Shown here: positions 19,901 through 29,694 of the stretch, piece after piece | Layout of the letters: each line of letters begins with the position of its first letter | Position numbering within the stretch: position 1 is the stretch's first letter | IMG/VR virus record: IMGVR_UViG_3300027833_000038 | Reading direction: 5' to 3' (one strand) | DNA from: an uncultured virus (IMG/VR IMGVR_UViG_3300027833_000038) | Taxonomy: Duplodnaviria > Heunggongvirae > Uroviricota > Caudoviricetes > Crassvirales | Length of the DNA stretch: 64,000 bases | Position numbers and translations under genes: made by a program | The notes under the pieces: generated by a model | Seen by the model: the letters and a program-made list of their open reading frames with translations, nothing else | Told to the model about the DNA's origin: nothing | The model's database searches: none

Positions 19901-22697
19901 TGTACTTACGTTTGCTGACGGAGACACCTACTTTATAGGTCAACAAGGAGGTTTGGATTCAAACGTATTTAGAAAAGAAAGTTTCTTTGGTACTAAAAAC
20001 ATCACTAGCTTAGTAGATGGTTCTGGTAACTTTACAGTATCATACGCTCCAACATCTAGAGTAAACTATAGAGTGGGAGGAATGACAAACTTCTGGGAAA
20101 TCAGATTTATTGTAACTGGTGGTACTGGAGTTGTTACTTTATCTGGAGGAGGTACTGGAAACCAAACTTTAAACGTAAAAAGTTTAAAAGGTGCTTATGA
20201 CGGTGTGTTCTCAATGGTAGATGTTGATTCTCCAAATACATTTAAAGTACAAACAGATTTCCAAATACCTGCAAGAGAATATCCTTTTGATAGAACGATG
20301 TGTGATTTTACAAACCACAAGATTACTTTTGTAGATGCTCATAATTTTGTAACAGGAGAGCAAATAACTTATGATAACGGAGGAAACACAAATATGATTG
20401 TTTTTGACGAATCAAACTATACTGGATTCCTTTACGTTGTTGTAATTGATGAATTTATAATAAAACTTTCTACAAGCGAATCAGGAGCAAAAGAGGGTAG
20501 AACTACAGCCTTGTTTGATTCTGGAGTTGGAGACCACAAGATAATTTCAAAAAGCGTACTTAAACTTGTTAAGGGTGGAGGTACAATAGACATTGAAACA
20601 GGAAGCAATAAAATAATTGGTTCTGGAACAACGTTTTTAAACCAATTCAAAAGATTTGATAAAATATTCTTAACTCAAGGAGATTACACAAAAGAATACC
20701 AAATTGACAAGGTTACAACAAACCAGAACATGCAGTTGTTTGAAAACGTAACTAGTGGAATCTTGGCTACAAGCTACTTCTTTATTACTGAAATGGTATT
20801 AAGACCTGACGGATACGGTATCCACTTGCCTTTTGATGGTGGGGTAAATATTACAGCAGGAACTTCTCCTGATAGTAAAATTGTAAGACAGTCACGTAAA
20901 TACTTCCGTTACCAATCTGGTAAGGGTATTCAAAACTCTTTTGCAATTAACTTTAATCCTCCTAAAATAGTAAGAGATTTAATTAAAGCAACTGGTACTA
21001 CTGCAAAAATAAACACTCAAGAAGCTCACAACTTAGCTGTTGACGATATTATTGTTATTGAAGGAGCAGAAGTTTCAAATGGAAACAATACCTTTAATGG
21101 AGACTTTGCTGTTAGCCAGATAAACTCAGCATTTCAATTTCAATATGAAATGGCAGAAGTACCTCTTCAGTCTAAAGCGTCTGGATTCCCAACATATCAC
21201 AGAAAGAACTGGACAGACTCTTACATTAGAGCAGGTATGTTTGATGACCAAAATGGATTCTTTTATGAGTACGATGGTCAAAAACTTTATGCCGTAAGAC
21301 GTTCTTCTACTAAGCAATTAGCAGGAAGTGTAAATGTTTCTAGACAGTCTCAAATTGTGACGGGTAATGATACTTCTTTTACAACTCAGTTAATTAAAAA
21401 CCAATTTGTTGTAATTAGAGGTCAATCTTATAAAGTTGTTGAAATTTCTTCCGACTCAAGAATAGTTATTCAGCCTTCTTACAAAGGTGTTAGTGCAGCT
21501 AGAGTTAAATTAACTGTAACCGTAGATGCTAGAGTTGAGCAAGAAAGATGGAATATTGACAAATGTGACGGAACTGGAGTTCACGGGTACTATTTAGATA
21601 TAAATAGAATCCAAATGGCTTACGCTGATTACTCATGGTATGGAGCAGGTAAAATTAGGTTTGGCTTTAAAGACCAAAACGGACATGTTAAGTACGTTCA
21701 CGAATTTAAGCACAACAACATTTTAAATGAATCTTACTTCCGTTCTGGAAACTTACCAGGTCGTTATGAAATATCAAACGGACCTCAAGCTTCTACAGCG
21801 CCAACGTTGTTTCACTTTGGTACGTCTATTATAATGGATGGAAGGTTTGATAATGATAAAGCTTATTTGTTTACAGCAAACTCTAAACCTTTTGCATTCA
21901 CAAATGGTGGTAACTTCACGTTCAGCACTACAGACCAATCTAGCTTTGAGCAGATTACTTTAAACGGAAATAGAGTTTGGGTATATGCATTCCAAGTTAC
22001 AGAGGCAAATGCTCGTACAGTAACAACAGGCTTACTTGTTAACGATACAAACGGAACTTCCTTAGAGGATGGAACATATGTTTCTCAAGTAAAAATAGAT
22101 GGAGCTCAAACTAAAATATTCACATCTTACCCTGCAACATCTACTTTGCCTCCAACAAGTATATATCCTACAATACCTAATGGTTCAGCTCTTACTTTAG
22201 GAGAGGTTGAAGTTGTAGATTTAACTAGACCAATCCCATTGATTTCTGTAAGATTAGCAGCTTCTGTTGATTCTTCTTTAACTGGGGTTGTTGGAGAAAG
22301 AGAAATTATAAACAGAATGCAGCTTACATTAAAACAAGCAGGTGTAACTGCAAATCAAGATATTGAGGTATTCTTAATATTAAATTCTCAGCCATCAAAC
22401 ATGGACTTTAAGAAAGTTACTGCTCCATCTTTATCGGAGCTTATTGAGCACAAGTCGTCTGACTCACTAGAAAGTGGGACTGTTGTTTACGCATTAAAAG
22501 CGTCAGCAGGTTCTTCTGAAATTGATTTGAGCGAATTACTGGAGTTAGGTAACTCAATCCTCGGAGGAGATAGCATCTTCCCTGCTGGACCAGATTTACT
22601 TACTATTGCAGTTCAGCCTCAAAACACTTCAGATATTTCTTCTGACAAACCGTTCAACGTTTCAGGAAAAGTTTCATGGTCTGAATCACAAGCCTAA
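16923..22697 (+). CDS. Giant (1924 aa) tail fibre/receptor-binding-like protein
   Basis: LLLITNVT, DPVSKLRVSNP, RQSRKYFRYQSGKG; repeated H(N/G)-(L/F)-x-x-G beta modules. Confidence 0.7.
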   Translation: MAKTLLHSSKYTVSKDSNIIDYNGNIGLERLLLITNVTANKVVYQFNDPTKGGEVSFLNQDDSSSLSLTYDLTNDTDITQGDVYQFFYDSSEVHFTPDESLLDPVSKLRVSNPENLVDTDFEYGLQSTKWETIQTVNNIPTVYSSSGDSPIEGVVSVDSIQGSKQVKVVCTTPHNLTIGDPVSSQGVLDYQAEGFFVVSGVASPLIFFFEIDVPSTTTGDISGSYTSIVPAKFFEGAPLNINISYGATTDETTLSKIKVETEATHGFTAGTKLYLRNTIGPKKLVVDDPSATAPDGRPFVDTDSFFTINNVFDSTVSTGRPSYQEPVVIAYDWESTHTTYIQAIDADVANNRINWINHGMSNSFAVLFNTPRNGDVNMGLTDGTTFFVKAIDSNTLELYTDEALTTLQPLSTYTTDFGFSRLGLVYLITKNSNRFRYTRYYTESLFTATTPYLYTPTRYYGTYYSYMRVDDSLGFVPDSVTVFNIQVYGQGIYYYYYYLYIRFDNGNAYNALNYRWSSNYQWVSAGVPNQTLTQAQLYNDGVGYYVRIYEGLRSGYGYHYWRMQVEAQAQVDPGLNYSGSDLLVDDYGLGNSNPDIVMAYQGKNPGSWLNSSDQFSYLANQRQNSRWGTIENQYENTVVTTPLNGSFDIDYGSNSSFNAPTNTENFYIFARKMTSDRNTLYKVNHGIPSGQEATCVVANYSAGTEEFLFSDSAGTSISMPATFDVIVNVVSDDIIRIQANIAPFTDDIQKFPTDFTITYRVDNTLYNTLYINNHKITGTSEATLIVEGQDESNPEVYNLKSSSDGWLVTNSRLGTDNINLPIRVYNVSPTRTYNFVLDAAYSDTFYFTTEPVANWVTGTYAGEYTTGVTNTRGTGGATVSIVVDGTTPATLYYASGTDSTLFGEITLRTEGVAIGGTAHNTLYNLNRINDSRVTLQQTSNTEAEGITNVIGYANSNPGSANINAWTPLGLTPTNVSITGIEYRGDFASSNEYVVLTFADGDTYFIGQQGGLDSNVFRKESFFGTKNITSLVDGSGNFTVSYAPTSRVNYRVGGMTNFWEIRFIVTGGTGVVTLSGGGTGNQTLNVKSLKGAYDGVFSMVDVDSPNTFKVQTDFQIPAREYPFDRTMCDFTNHKITFVDAHNFVTGEQITYDNGGNTNMIVFDESNYTGFLYVVVIDEFIIKLSTSESGAKEGRTTALFDSGVGDHKIISKSVLKLVKGGGTIDIETGSNKIIGSGTTFLNQFKRFDKIFLTQGDYTKEYQIDKVTTNQNMQLFENVTSGILATSYFFITEMVLRPDGYGIHLPFDGGVNITAGTSPDSKIVRQSRKYFRYQSGKGIQNSFAINFNPPKIVRDLIKATGTTAKINTQEAHNLAVDDIIVIEGAEVSNGNNTFNGDFAVSQINSAFQFQYEMAEVPLQSKASGFPTYHRKNWTDSYIRAGMFDDQNGFFYEYDGQKLYAVRRSSTKQLAGSVNVSRQSQIVTGNDTSFTTQLIKNQFVVIRGQSYKVVEISSDSRIVIQPSYKGVSAARVKLTVTVDARVEQERWNIDKCDGTGVHGYYLDINRIQMAYADYSWYGAGKIRFGFKDQNGHVKYVHEFKHNNILNESYFRSGNLPGRYEISNGPQASTAPTLFHFGTSIIMDGRFDNDKAYLFTANSKPFAFTNGGNFTFSTTDQSSFEQITLNGNRVWVYAFQVTEANARTVTTGLLVNDTNGTSLEDGTYVSQVKIDGAQTKIFTSYPATSTLPPTSIYPTIPNGSALTLGEVEVVDLTRPIPLISVRLAASVDSSLTGVVGEREIINRMQLTLKQAGVTANQDIEVFLILNSQPSNMDFKKVTAPSLSELIEHKSSDSLESGTVVYALKASAGSSEIDLSELLELGNSILGGDSIFPAGPDLLTIAVQPQNTSDISSDKPFNVSGKVSWSESQA

Positions 22698-22698
22698 T

Positions 22699-22920
22699 AT
22701 GAATGAAATAAGAAAAATAGCAGTAGGACCCGACTATAAAAATGCAATGCATTACGAAGTCGGGCAAACTGTTATAAAGGGTCATTATAAAATACACTCC
22801 ATTCACGAATCCGAAGGATGTTATATTGTACGAATTGTTAAGGATAGTATCGTTGTTGACTGGAAAAAAGTTAACTTGCAGATGCCTGTGCATGTTGAGT
22901 TCAATATAAATTATGATTAA
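22699..22920 (+). CDS. Hypothetical phage protein
   Basis: Likely start MNEIRKIAVGPDYKNAMHY 2 nt after upstream stop. Confidence 0.65.
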   Translation: MNEIRKIAVGPDYKNAMHYEVGQTVIKGHYKIHSIHESEGCYIVRIVKDSIVVDWKKVNLQMPVHVEFNINYD

Positions 22921-23458
22921 ACCGATTAGGGATTATTTAATAAAACCACTTGGAGCCGAATATATTAAAGAGAAAGACGGAATTATAGTCAGCTCTGGTA
23001 TTGAAGATTACAAGGGAGTAAATCGTTATGGAGTTTTAGTATCCAAACCTGACAATGATGATAGTGAACTTTCCATTGGAGATGTTTGTGTTGTTCATCA
23101 CAATTGTTTTAGAACGTATTACAATATGAAGGGAAAGGAAACAAAGTCTAATGAGCACTTTAGAGACAACCTTTATTTGATTCCAACAGATAAGGTGTAT
23201 CTTTATAAGAGTGAAAAAAAATGGAAGCCTATCAAGGATTATTGCTTTGTTGAACCAATGGTTTATCAGCAAGACTCTGAACTTTATGTTCCAAAAGAAA
23301 AAGAAGAGCATGTGGGACTTATAAAGTATAGTAATTCCGCTACCCTTAATGAAGGAGATAAAGTAGGATTTAAGCCCAACAGAGAATACGAATTTAGTGT
23401 AGACGACAAAAAAGTTTACAGAATGAAAAATAGTGATATTTTAATTAAATTAGATTAA
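22913..23458 (+). CDS. Tandem two-domain GroES-like co-chaperonin
   Basis: Two repeats: KPIRDYLIKP...IGDV and KPIKDYCFVEP...EGDKVGF...YRMKNSDIL. Confidence 0.6.
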   Translation: MIKPIRDYLIKPLGAEYIKEKDGIIVSSGIEDYKGVNRYGVLVSKPDNDDSELSIGDVCVVHHNCFRTYYNMKGKETKSNEHFRDNLYLIPTDKVYLYKSEKKWKPIKDYCFVEPMVYQQDSELYVPKEKEEHVGLIKYSNSATLNEGDKVGFKPNREYEFSVDDKKVYRMKNSDILIKLD

Positions 23459-23519
23459 ATGGATAAGAACAACTACTGGACAACGACACAGACCTTCCCA
23501 AACTCATTTGTATACACTT

Positions 23520-23813
23520 ATGACAAATGATATTAGAGATACTATAGAAAGAGTTATAATGGCAGCAGAAAGAGCTGTAGAGGAGCTTATTAAAGTTGCT
23601 GAAGAAAAGATTATAACAGGAAGCAAGGATGATGATTTAGCTGCTGATAGACTTAAAAACGCAGCAGCAACCAAGAGACTTGCAATTGAAGATGCCTTTA
23701 TCATAATACAAAGGATAGAGTCTGAAAGAAGTAAACTCAACGGGGAAGATGACAACACAAGAACAGAAGCGAAATTCCAAAGTTTCGCAGAGAATAGAGG
23801 ACGAAAGTCTTGA
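23520..23813 (+). CDS. Putative terminase small subunit
   Basis: Helical ~97-aa protein directly upstream of TerL. Confidence 0.5.
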   Translation: MTNDIRDTIERVIMAAERAVEELIKVAEEKIITGSKDDDLAADRLKNAAATKRLAIEDAFIIIQRIESERSKLNGEDDNTRTEAKFQSFAENRGRKS

Positions 23814-26043
23814 CCTGCAAATTTGCAGAGTTACTAATAGCCACGTTTCAAAAAAAACAATAGCTCAACTTAATAAAAAAGAAAGTTGGAAGTACGGCTA
23901 TAGTCATAAGCATGACGTTGTAGTTATAAGCAAAAGTGGTAAAATAGGAGACATTGTTGAGATACAAGGACTAAAAATTGCATTACCTTTGCAGCCAGAA
24001 AAAATAACGCAAAGAAGTAAAAAGCAAAATGAACAATACTGGCAACCAGAAGAATACCCTAAAGAACTACAAAAAATCAAGACCATTTTCCAGTGGAATG
24101 AGTACCCGAATGCATTCAAAGAGTCATGGGTTGATTACATTGAAAATGAGTTTGAAAGAAGAGATGGTGGTTATTGGTTTAAAAATAATGGTGTTTCTAC
24201 TTATATCACTGGGACTCATTACATGTATTTACAGTGGACCAAAATAGATGTAGGTAAGCCAGAGTATAGAGAGTCAAACCGAGTCTTTTTTATTTTTTGG
24301 GAAGCTTGCAAGGCTGACGAAAGAAGTTACGGAATGTGTTATTTAAAAAACAGACGTTCAGGGTTTTCTTTTATGTCCTCAGCAGAAACTGTAAACTTAG
24401 CTACTATTACACCAGATTCAAGATTCGGAATACTTTCAAAGACTGGAGCTGATGCTAAAAAGATGTTTACAGATAAAGTTGTTCCTATTTCGACAAACTA
24501 TCCGTTTTTCTTTAAACCCATACAAGATGGTATGGATAAGCCTAAAACTGAGCTAGCATATAGAGTTCCTGCGTCTAAGCTTACAAGAAAAAACATATCA
24601 ATTACAGATAATGACGAAACTCTAACTGGTCTTGATACCTCTATTGACTGGAAAAATACTGGAGACAACAGTTATGATGGGGAAAAACTATTCTTACTTG
24701 TTCATGATGAATCAGGTAAATGGGAAAGACCAGATAATATACTGAATAACTGGCGTGTAACTAAAACAACTTTAAGATTAGGTAGAAAAATAGTAGGGAA
24801 ATGCATGATGGGTTCTACTTCAAATGCACTTAGCAAGGGAGGGGATAATTTTAAAAAGCTCTATGAGGATTCTAATGCGCTAGAGAGAAATTCTAACGGA
24901 CAAACAAAAAGCGGAATGTATTCTCTTTTTATTCCTATGGAATGGAACATGGAAGGTTTTATAGATAGACATGGTATGCCTGTTTTTAGGACTCCAGAAA
25001 ATCCAGTTAAAGATATTCAAAACGAACTCATATATCAAGGAGTATTAAATTATTGGGAAAATGAAGTTGAAGCCTTAAAGTCAGACGCAGATTCTTTAAA
25101 TGAATTTTACAGACAGTTTCCTAGAACAGAGAACCATGCTTTTAGAGATGAGGCTGAGAATAGTTTATTTAACCTAACTAAGATATATCAGCAGATTGAT
25201 TTTAATGATTCTGTTGACATAAAAAGAACTGTTAGAACTGGTAACTTTGTTTGGAAAGATGGAATTAGAGATACTGAGGTTGTTTGGATGCCTAGCGTAA
25301 GTGGTAAAATGAGAGTTTCTTGGATACCCGAGCCAGGATTAAGAAATAATATAGAAATAATAAATGGCAGAAAATATCCAGGAAATAAACATATTGGTGC
25401 TTTTGGGTGTGACTCTTATGATATATCTGGAGTCGTTGGAGGCAATGGTTCTAAAGGTAGTCTACACGGGTTGACTACTATGACTTTTGACAATGCTCCA
25501 TCAAACCAGTTTTTTTTAGAGTATGTTGCTAGACCTCAAACTTCTGAGATGTTTTATGAAAATGTATTAATGGCTTTAGTTTTTTACGGTATGCCTGTAC
25601 TAGTTGAAAACAATAAACCTAGGCTTTTGTATTATCTAAAAAATAGAGGTTACAGGAATTTCTCTGTAAACAGACCAGATAAACATAAAAACGACCTCTC
25701 AAAAGCAGAAAAAGAAATTGGAGGTATACCTTCATCTACATCTGTTATATCTATACATGCAGAAGCAATAGAGTCTTATATTGAAAGACATGTTGGATAT
25801 GACTATGTTGGAGAGTTTAGAGACTCAGATTCTCCAGGAAAAATGTTTTTTAATAGAACATTACTTGACTGGGCTAACTACGATATTAACAAGAGGACTA
25901 AATTTGATGCAACCGTTAGTTCAGGTTTTGCAATCATGGCAACAAATAAATACGTTATGAAACCCGAACAAAAACGCAATGAAATAAACCTTAAATTTGC
26001 AAGGTATAGTAACAATGGCAATACTAGTACATTATTAAAGTAG
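23749..26043 (+). CDS. terL: Terminase large subunit
   Basis: LKNRRSGFS (Walker A variant), LLVHDESGKW (Walker B), MGST, GCDSYD nuclease motif. Confidence 0.9.
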   Translation: MTTQEQKRNSKVSQRIEDESLDLQICRVTNSHVSKKTIAQLNKKESWKYGYSHKHDVVVISKSGKIGDIVEIQGLKIALPLQPEKITQRSKKQNEQYWQPEEYPKELQKIKTIFQWNEYPNAFKESWVDYIENEFERRDGGYWFKNNGVSTYITGTHYMYLQWTKIDVGKPEYRESNRVFFIFWEACKADERSYGMCYLKNRRSGFSFMSSAETVNLATITPDSRFGILSKTGADAKKMFTDKVVPISTNYPFFFKPIQDGMDKPKTELAYRVPASKLTRKNISITDNDETLTGLDTSIDWKNTGDNSYDGEKLFLLVHDESGKWERPDNILNNWRVTKTTLRLGRKIVGKCMMGSTSNALSKGGDNFKKLYEDSNALERNSNGQTKSGMYSLFIPMEWNMEGFIDRHGMPVFRTPENPVKDIQNELIYQGVLNYWENEVEALKSDADSLNEFYRQFPRTENHAFRDEAENSLFNLTKIYQQIDFNDSVDIKRTVRTGNFVWKDGIRDTEVVWMPSVSGKMRVSWIPEPGLRNNIEIINGRKYPGNKHIGAFGCDSYDISGVVGGNGSKGSLHGLTTMTFDNAPSNQFFLEYVARPQTSEMFYENVLMALVFYGMPVLVENNKPRLLYYLKNRGYRNFSVNRPDKHKNDLSKAEKEIGGIPSSTSVISIHAEAIESYIERHVGYDYVGEFRDSDSPGKMFFNRTLLDWANYDINKRTKFDATVSSGFAIMATNKYVMKPEQKRNEINLKFARYSNNGNTSTLLK

Positions 26044-26046
26044 GAT

Positions 26047-28467
26047 ATGAGCAATACCCCTTATACACACGTTTCTGGTTTTCCAGACCAATTGGCTTTA
26101 GACGAAGAGAAAGTAACCTCTAAATACGGCTTAAACGTTGGAAAAGCAATAGAAGCAGAGTGGTTTAAAAAGGAAGGAGGAACTTCCAAATACTACAGTA
26201 ACAGAAGCACCTTTCATAAATTAAGAACTTATGCTTTAGGAGAGCAATCTGTTCAAAAGTATAAAGATGAACTTGCCGTAAATGGAGACATTTCCTATCT
26301 AAATCTCGACTGGACACCTGTCCCAATTATACCCAAAATGTGCGACATTGTTGTCAACGGGATGACTAACCGATTATTCAGTGTGAAGGCTGAAGCTGTA
26401 GACCCTGTTTCTTCAAGTAAAAAAGCTCTATATAAAAATGACGTAGAGACTCAAATGAAGAATAAGGATAATTATGAGGAGCTTGAAAAGATGTTTGGTA
26501 ACAAGATGTTTTCAATGAACCCCGATGAATTGCCTGAAAATGATGACGAGTTAAATTTGCACATGTCTTTAAATTATAAAGACGAAATAGAAATTGGAGC
26601 TGAAAAAGCTGTTACTAATGTTTTCAAAATAAATGAGTATGATTTATTAAAACAACAGTTAGCTGAAGATGCGACTACTCTAGGTATATCTGTCTCAAAG
26701 CACACTTTTAATATTCATGATGGTATTAAACTAGATTACGTAGACCCATCAAATTTTATTCACAGTCCAACAGAAGACCCTCATTTTAAAGATTGCTACT
26801 ACTTTGGCGAAGTTAAAAATGTAAATATTACAGAGCTAAAAAAAATAAATCCATCTCTTACTCAAGATGATATTAAAGAAATCTCAAAACTTTCTAGTAA
26901 ATGGGATTCATATCAAGGAGTTCGTGGAGGAACTAGAACAGATAACTTTGATAAAAATACAGCGACTCTTCTTTATTTCTGTTACAAATCAGATATGGAG
27001 ATTGTCTATAAGAAAAAGAAAAATGCTTTTGGAGGGGATAAAGTATTAGAAAAAAACGGAAGTTTTAATCCTCCTAAAACTGAAACAGCACGATTTGAAA
27101 AACTATCTAAAAGAATTGACGTATGGTACGAAGGTGTACTTGTTCTAGGAACAAACTATATACTGAAGTGGGACTTAATGAAGAACATGGTAAGACCGAA
27201 ATCGGCAATCCAAAAAGTCCTTGCTCCCTTCGTTGTGAGTGCGCCAAAAATGTACAGGGGGAACATAGACTCCCTAGTGAAGAGGATGATTCCCTTTGCT
27301 GACCAAATACAACTAATACACTTAAAACTACAACAAATAACTTCTAGAATGATTCCTGATGGGGTATATCTAGACGTAGATGGTCTTGCTTCTGTTAACT
27401 TGGGTAATGGTAATTCATACGACCCTCAAGAAGCACTAAATTTATATTTTCAAACAGGTTCTGTTATTGGAAGAAGTTCTACAGAAGATGGAGAGTATAA
27501 TCATGGCAAGATACCAGTTCAGGAGCTCACTTCTTCTGGTGCAAACGCTAAGATTTCTTCTCTTATCAATATGTACAACTATAACTTAAACATGGTAAGA
27601 GCTGCTACAGGTTTAAACGAAGCTAGAGATGCTTCTAGTCCTGACGACAGAGCTTTAGTAGGTGTTCAAAAGTTAGCTGCTTTAAATTCAAACACAGCAA
27701 CAAGACACGTACTCAACTCTACTTTGTATATGACCACTAAAATGGCTCAGTGTGTTTACTATAGATTATCTGACGCTTTACAGTATTCAGATATGGCAGA
27801 AGACTTAGCTAAAGGAATTGGCAAATATTCAATAGATATATTAGACCAAATAAAACATTTACATCTACATGATTTTTCTATTTACATAGAACTACATCCT
27901 GATGCAGAAGAAAAAGCTGTTTTAGAGCAAAACATTCAAGCGTCTTTAGCCGCAGGTAAGATTGATATAGATGACGCAATTGATGTTAGAGGAGTTCCAA
28001 ATGTTAAGATAGCATCTCAACTATTGAAAGTTCGCAAGAAAAGAAAAGAGAAGCTCGACATGAAAAAACAACAGTCACTTATAGAGCAGCAATCTCAATC
28101 TAATGCTAAAGCTGCACAAGTTGCAGAACAAGCAAAGCAAAAAACACTTACAGTTGAATCTCAGGCAGACGCACAAATTGAACAATTAAAAGCTCAGTTA
28201 GAAATGCAGCGCATGGAAAAAGAGTTTGAGCTTAAAAAGAAACTTATTGAAATGCAGAACTCAATGGAATCTCAATCTAAACAAGAACAAAGAGAATTTG
28301 AGTTAGGTAAAGAAGGTAAGCGTGAAGATAGAAAAGATAAAAGAACAGAAAAACAAGCTTCACAACAATCGGTATTAATAAAACAAAGACAACAAGATTT
28401 AGACCCTGTTGATTTTGACGGACAAGATTCATTAGGCTCTGGAATTCAGGGAATGATTGGTTCTTAG
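26047..28467 (+). CDS. Portal protein
   Basis: Follows TerL; YLNLDWTPVPIIPK..DIVVNG; C-terminal coiled coil. Confidence 0.85.
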   Translation: MSNTPYTHVSGFPDQLALDEEKVTSKYGLNVGKAIEAEWFKKEGGTSKYYSNRSTFHKLRTYALGEQSVQKYKDELAVNGDISYLNLDWTPVPIIPKMCDIVVNGMTNRLFSVKAEAVDPVSSSKKALYKNDVETQMKNKDNYEELEKMFGNKMFSMNPDELPENDDELNLHMSLNYKDEIEIGAEKAVTNVFKINEYDLLKQQLAEDATTLGISVSKHTFNIHDGIKLDYVDPSNFIHSPTEDPHFKDCYYFGEVKNVNITELKKINPSLTQDDIKEISKLSSKWDSYQGVRGGTRTDNFDKNTATLLYFCYKSDMEIVYKKKKNAFGGDKVLEKNGSFNPPKTETARFEKLSKRIDVWYEGVLVLGTNYILKWDLMKNMVRPKSAIQKVLAPFVVSAPKMYRGNIDSLVKRMIPFADQIQLIHLKLQQITSRMIPDGVYLDVDGLASVNLGNGNSYDPQEALNLYFQTGSVIGRSSTEDGEYNHGKIPVQELTSSGANAKISSLINMYNYNLNMVRAATGLNEARDASSPDDRALVGVQKLAALNSNTATRHVLNSTLYMTTKMAQCVYYRLSDALQYSDMAEDLAKGIGKYSIDILDQIKHLHLHDFSIYIELHPDAEEKAVLEQNIQASLAAGKIDIDDAIDVRGVPNVKIASQLLKVRKKRKEKLDMKKQQSLIEQQSQSNAKAAQVAEQAKQKTLTVESQADAQIEQLKAQLEMQRMEKEFELKKKLIEMQNSMESQSKQEQREFELGKEGKREDRKDKRTEKQASQQSVLIKQRQQDLDPVDFDGQDSLGSGIQGMIGS

Positions 28468-28498
28468 TATTTTAATATAATAAATTAAATTTAATAAA

Positions 28499-29674
28499 AT
28501 GGCAGAAGTAAAATTTCGAGTGATGAACGATGAGGGCGAATTTGTGCCTCTTAAGTCACAACAAGAAGCGGTTTCTGAAGAAGCTGCAAATGAAGTAAAC
28601 GAGGTTCAACCCGTTGATGTTGAAGCGACAAATGACGCAGTTGAAGAGACAACTGACGTAGCTGAAGCGACAACTGACGTAGTTGAAACTGAAAAAATTA
28701 TAGAAGAACAACCAAAAGAAGCATCAGAAGTGGCTGAAGAGCCTGCTGCGCAGATTGATGAGTCAAGTATTCTAAAACATCTAAAGGAAAGATATAATGC
28801 TCAATTCGAGTCTTTAGATGAAGTTCTTAAACATAATGAGCAAGAGCAGGTTGTTTTACCAGAAGATGTTTCCAAGTTTATGGAATACAAAAAAGAAACT
28901 GGTAGAGGTTTAGAGGATTTTATGCGTGTGCAGCAAGACCTAGACAAAGTTGACGAGAATACTTTACTCCATGAATATTATAAGGAGACAAAGCCATATT
29001 TAGGAGCTACAGACGTTCCTGATTATATCGAGGAAAACTTTGGATTATCTGAAGACGCTGAAGACGTATCTAATAAACGAAAACAGCTTGCCTATAAAGA
29101 AGAATTATATAATGCTAAGAAGCATTTTGATACTCTGAAAGAGAAATACAAAACTCCCCTTGAGTCAAGTAAGGAGAATATTCCTGAAGAATATCAAGAA
29201 GCCTACGAGGGTTACAATAATTATATAAATGAGTTAGAAAAAACTAAAAAAAGTACAGAAGAAAGAGCTGCTATTTTTAGCGACAAAACAAACAAGTTGT
29301 TCAAGGAAAATTTCAAAGGTTTTGAATATAATGTCGGGGACAAAAGTGTAGTTTTTAAGCCTAAAAATGTCGATGAGGTACACCAAACTCAGTCAAATCT
29401 TAACAATTATATTGATAAGTTTTTGGATGATTCGGGATACTTAAACGATGCAGATGGATTTCATCGTTCTTTAAACTTGGCGTTAAACCCAGACAACGTG
29501 GCAAAGTTTTTTTACGAGCAAGGAGTTGCTGACGCAACAGAAGGTTTGGTTAAAAAGACTAAAAATATTGACATGGATGTTCGGTCCAATACAGACACTG
29601 AGAATAAGGGAGGATTACAGTACCGTGTTTTAGATGATTCTGACTTCACAGATTTTAAAATAAGAAAAAAATAA
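28499..29674 (+). CDS. Scaffolding protein
   Basis: Very acidic N-terminus; lies between portal and capsid. Confidence 0.7.
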   Translation: MAEVKFRVMNDEGEFVPLKSQQEAVSEEAANEVNEVQPVDVEATNDAVEETTDVAEATTDVVETEKIIEEQPKEASEVAEEPAAQIDESSILKHLKERYNAQFESLDEVLKHNEQEQVVLPEDVSKFMEYKKETGRGLEDFMRVQQDLDKVDENTLLHEYYKETKPYLGATDVPDYIEENFGLSEDAEDVSNKRKQLAYKEELYNAKKHFDTLKEKYKTPLESSKENIPEEYQEAYEGYNNYINELEKTKKSTEERAAIFSDKTNKLFKENFKGFEYNVGDKSVVFKPKNVDEVHQTQSNLNNYIDKFLDDSGYLNDADGFHRSLNLALNPDNVAKFFYEQGVADATEGLVKKTKNIDMDVRSNTDTENKGGLQYRVLDDSDFTDFKIRKK

Positions 29675-29694
29675 TCTTTTAAAAAAACACAAAA

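Noticed and set aside
28648..28687. 21-nt tandem duplication in scaffold gene
   Set aside because: Ordinary low-complexity expansion in a disordered acidic region
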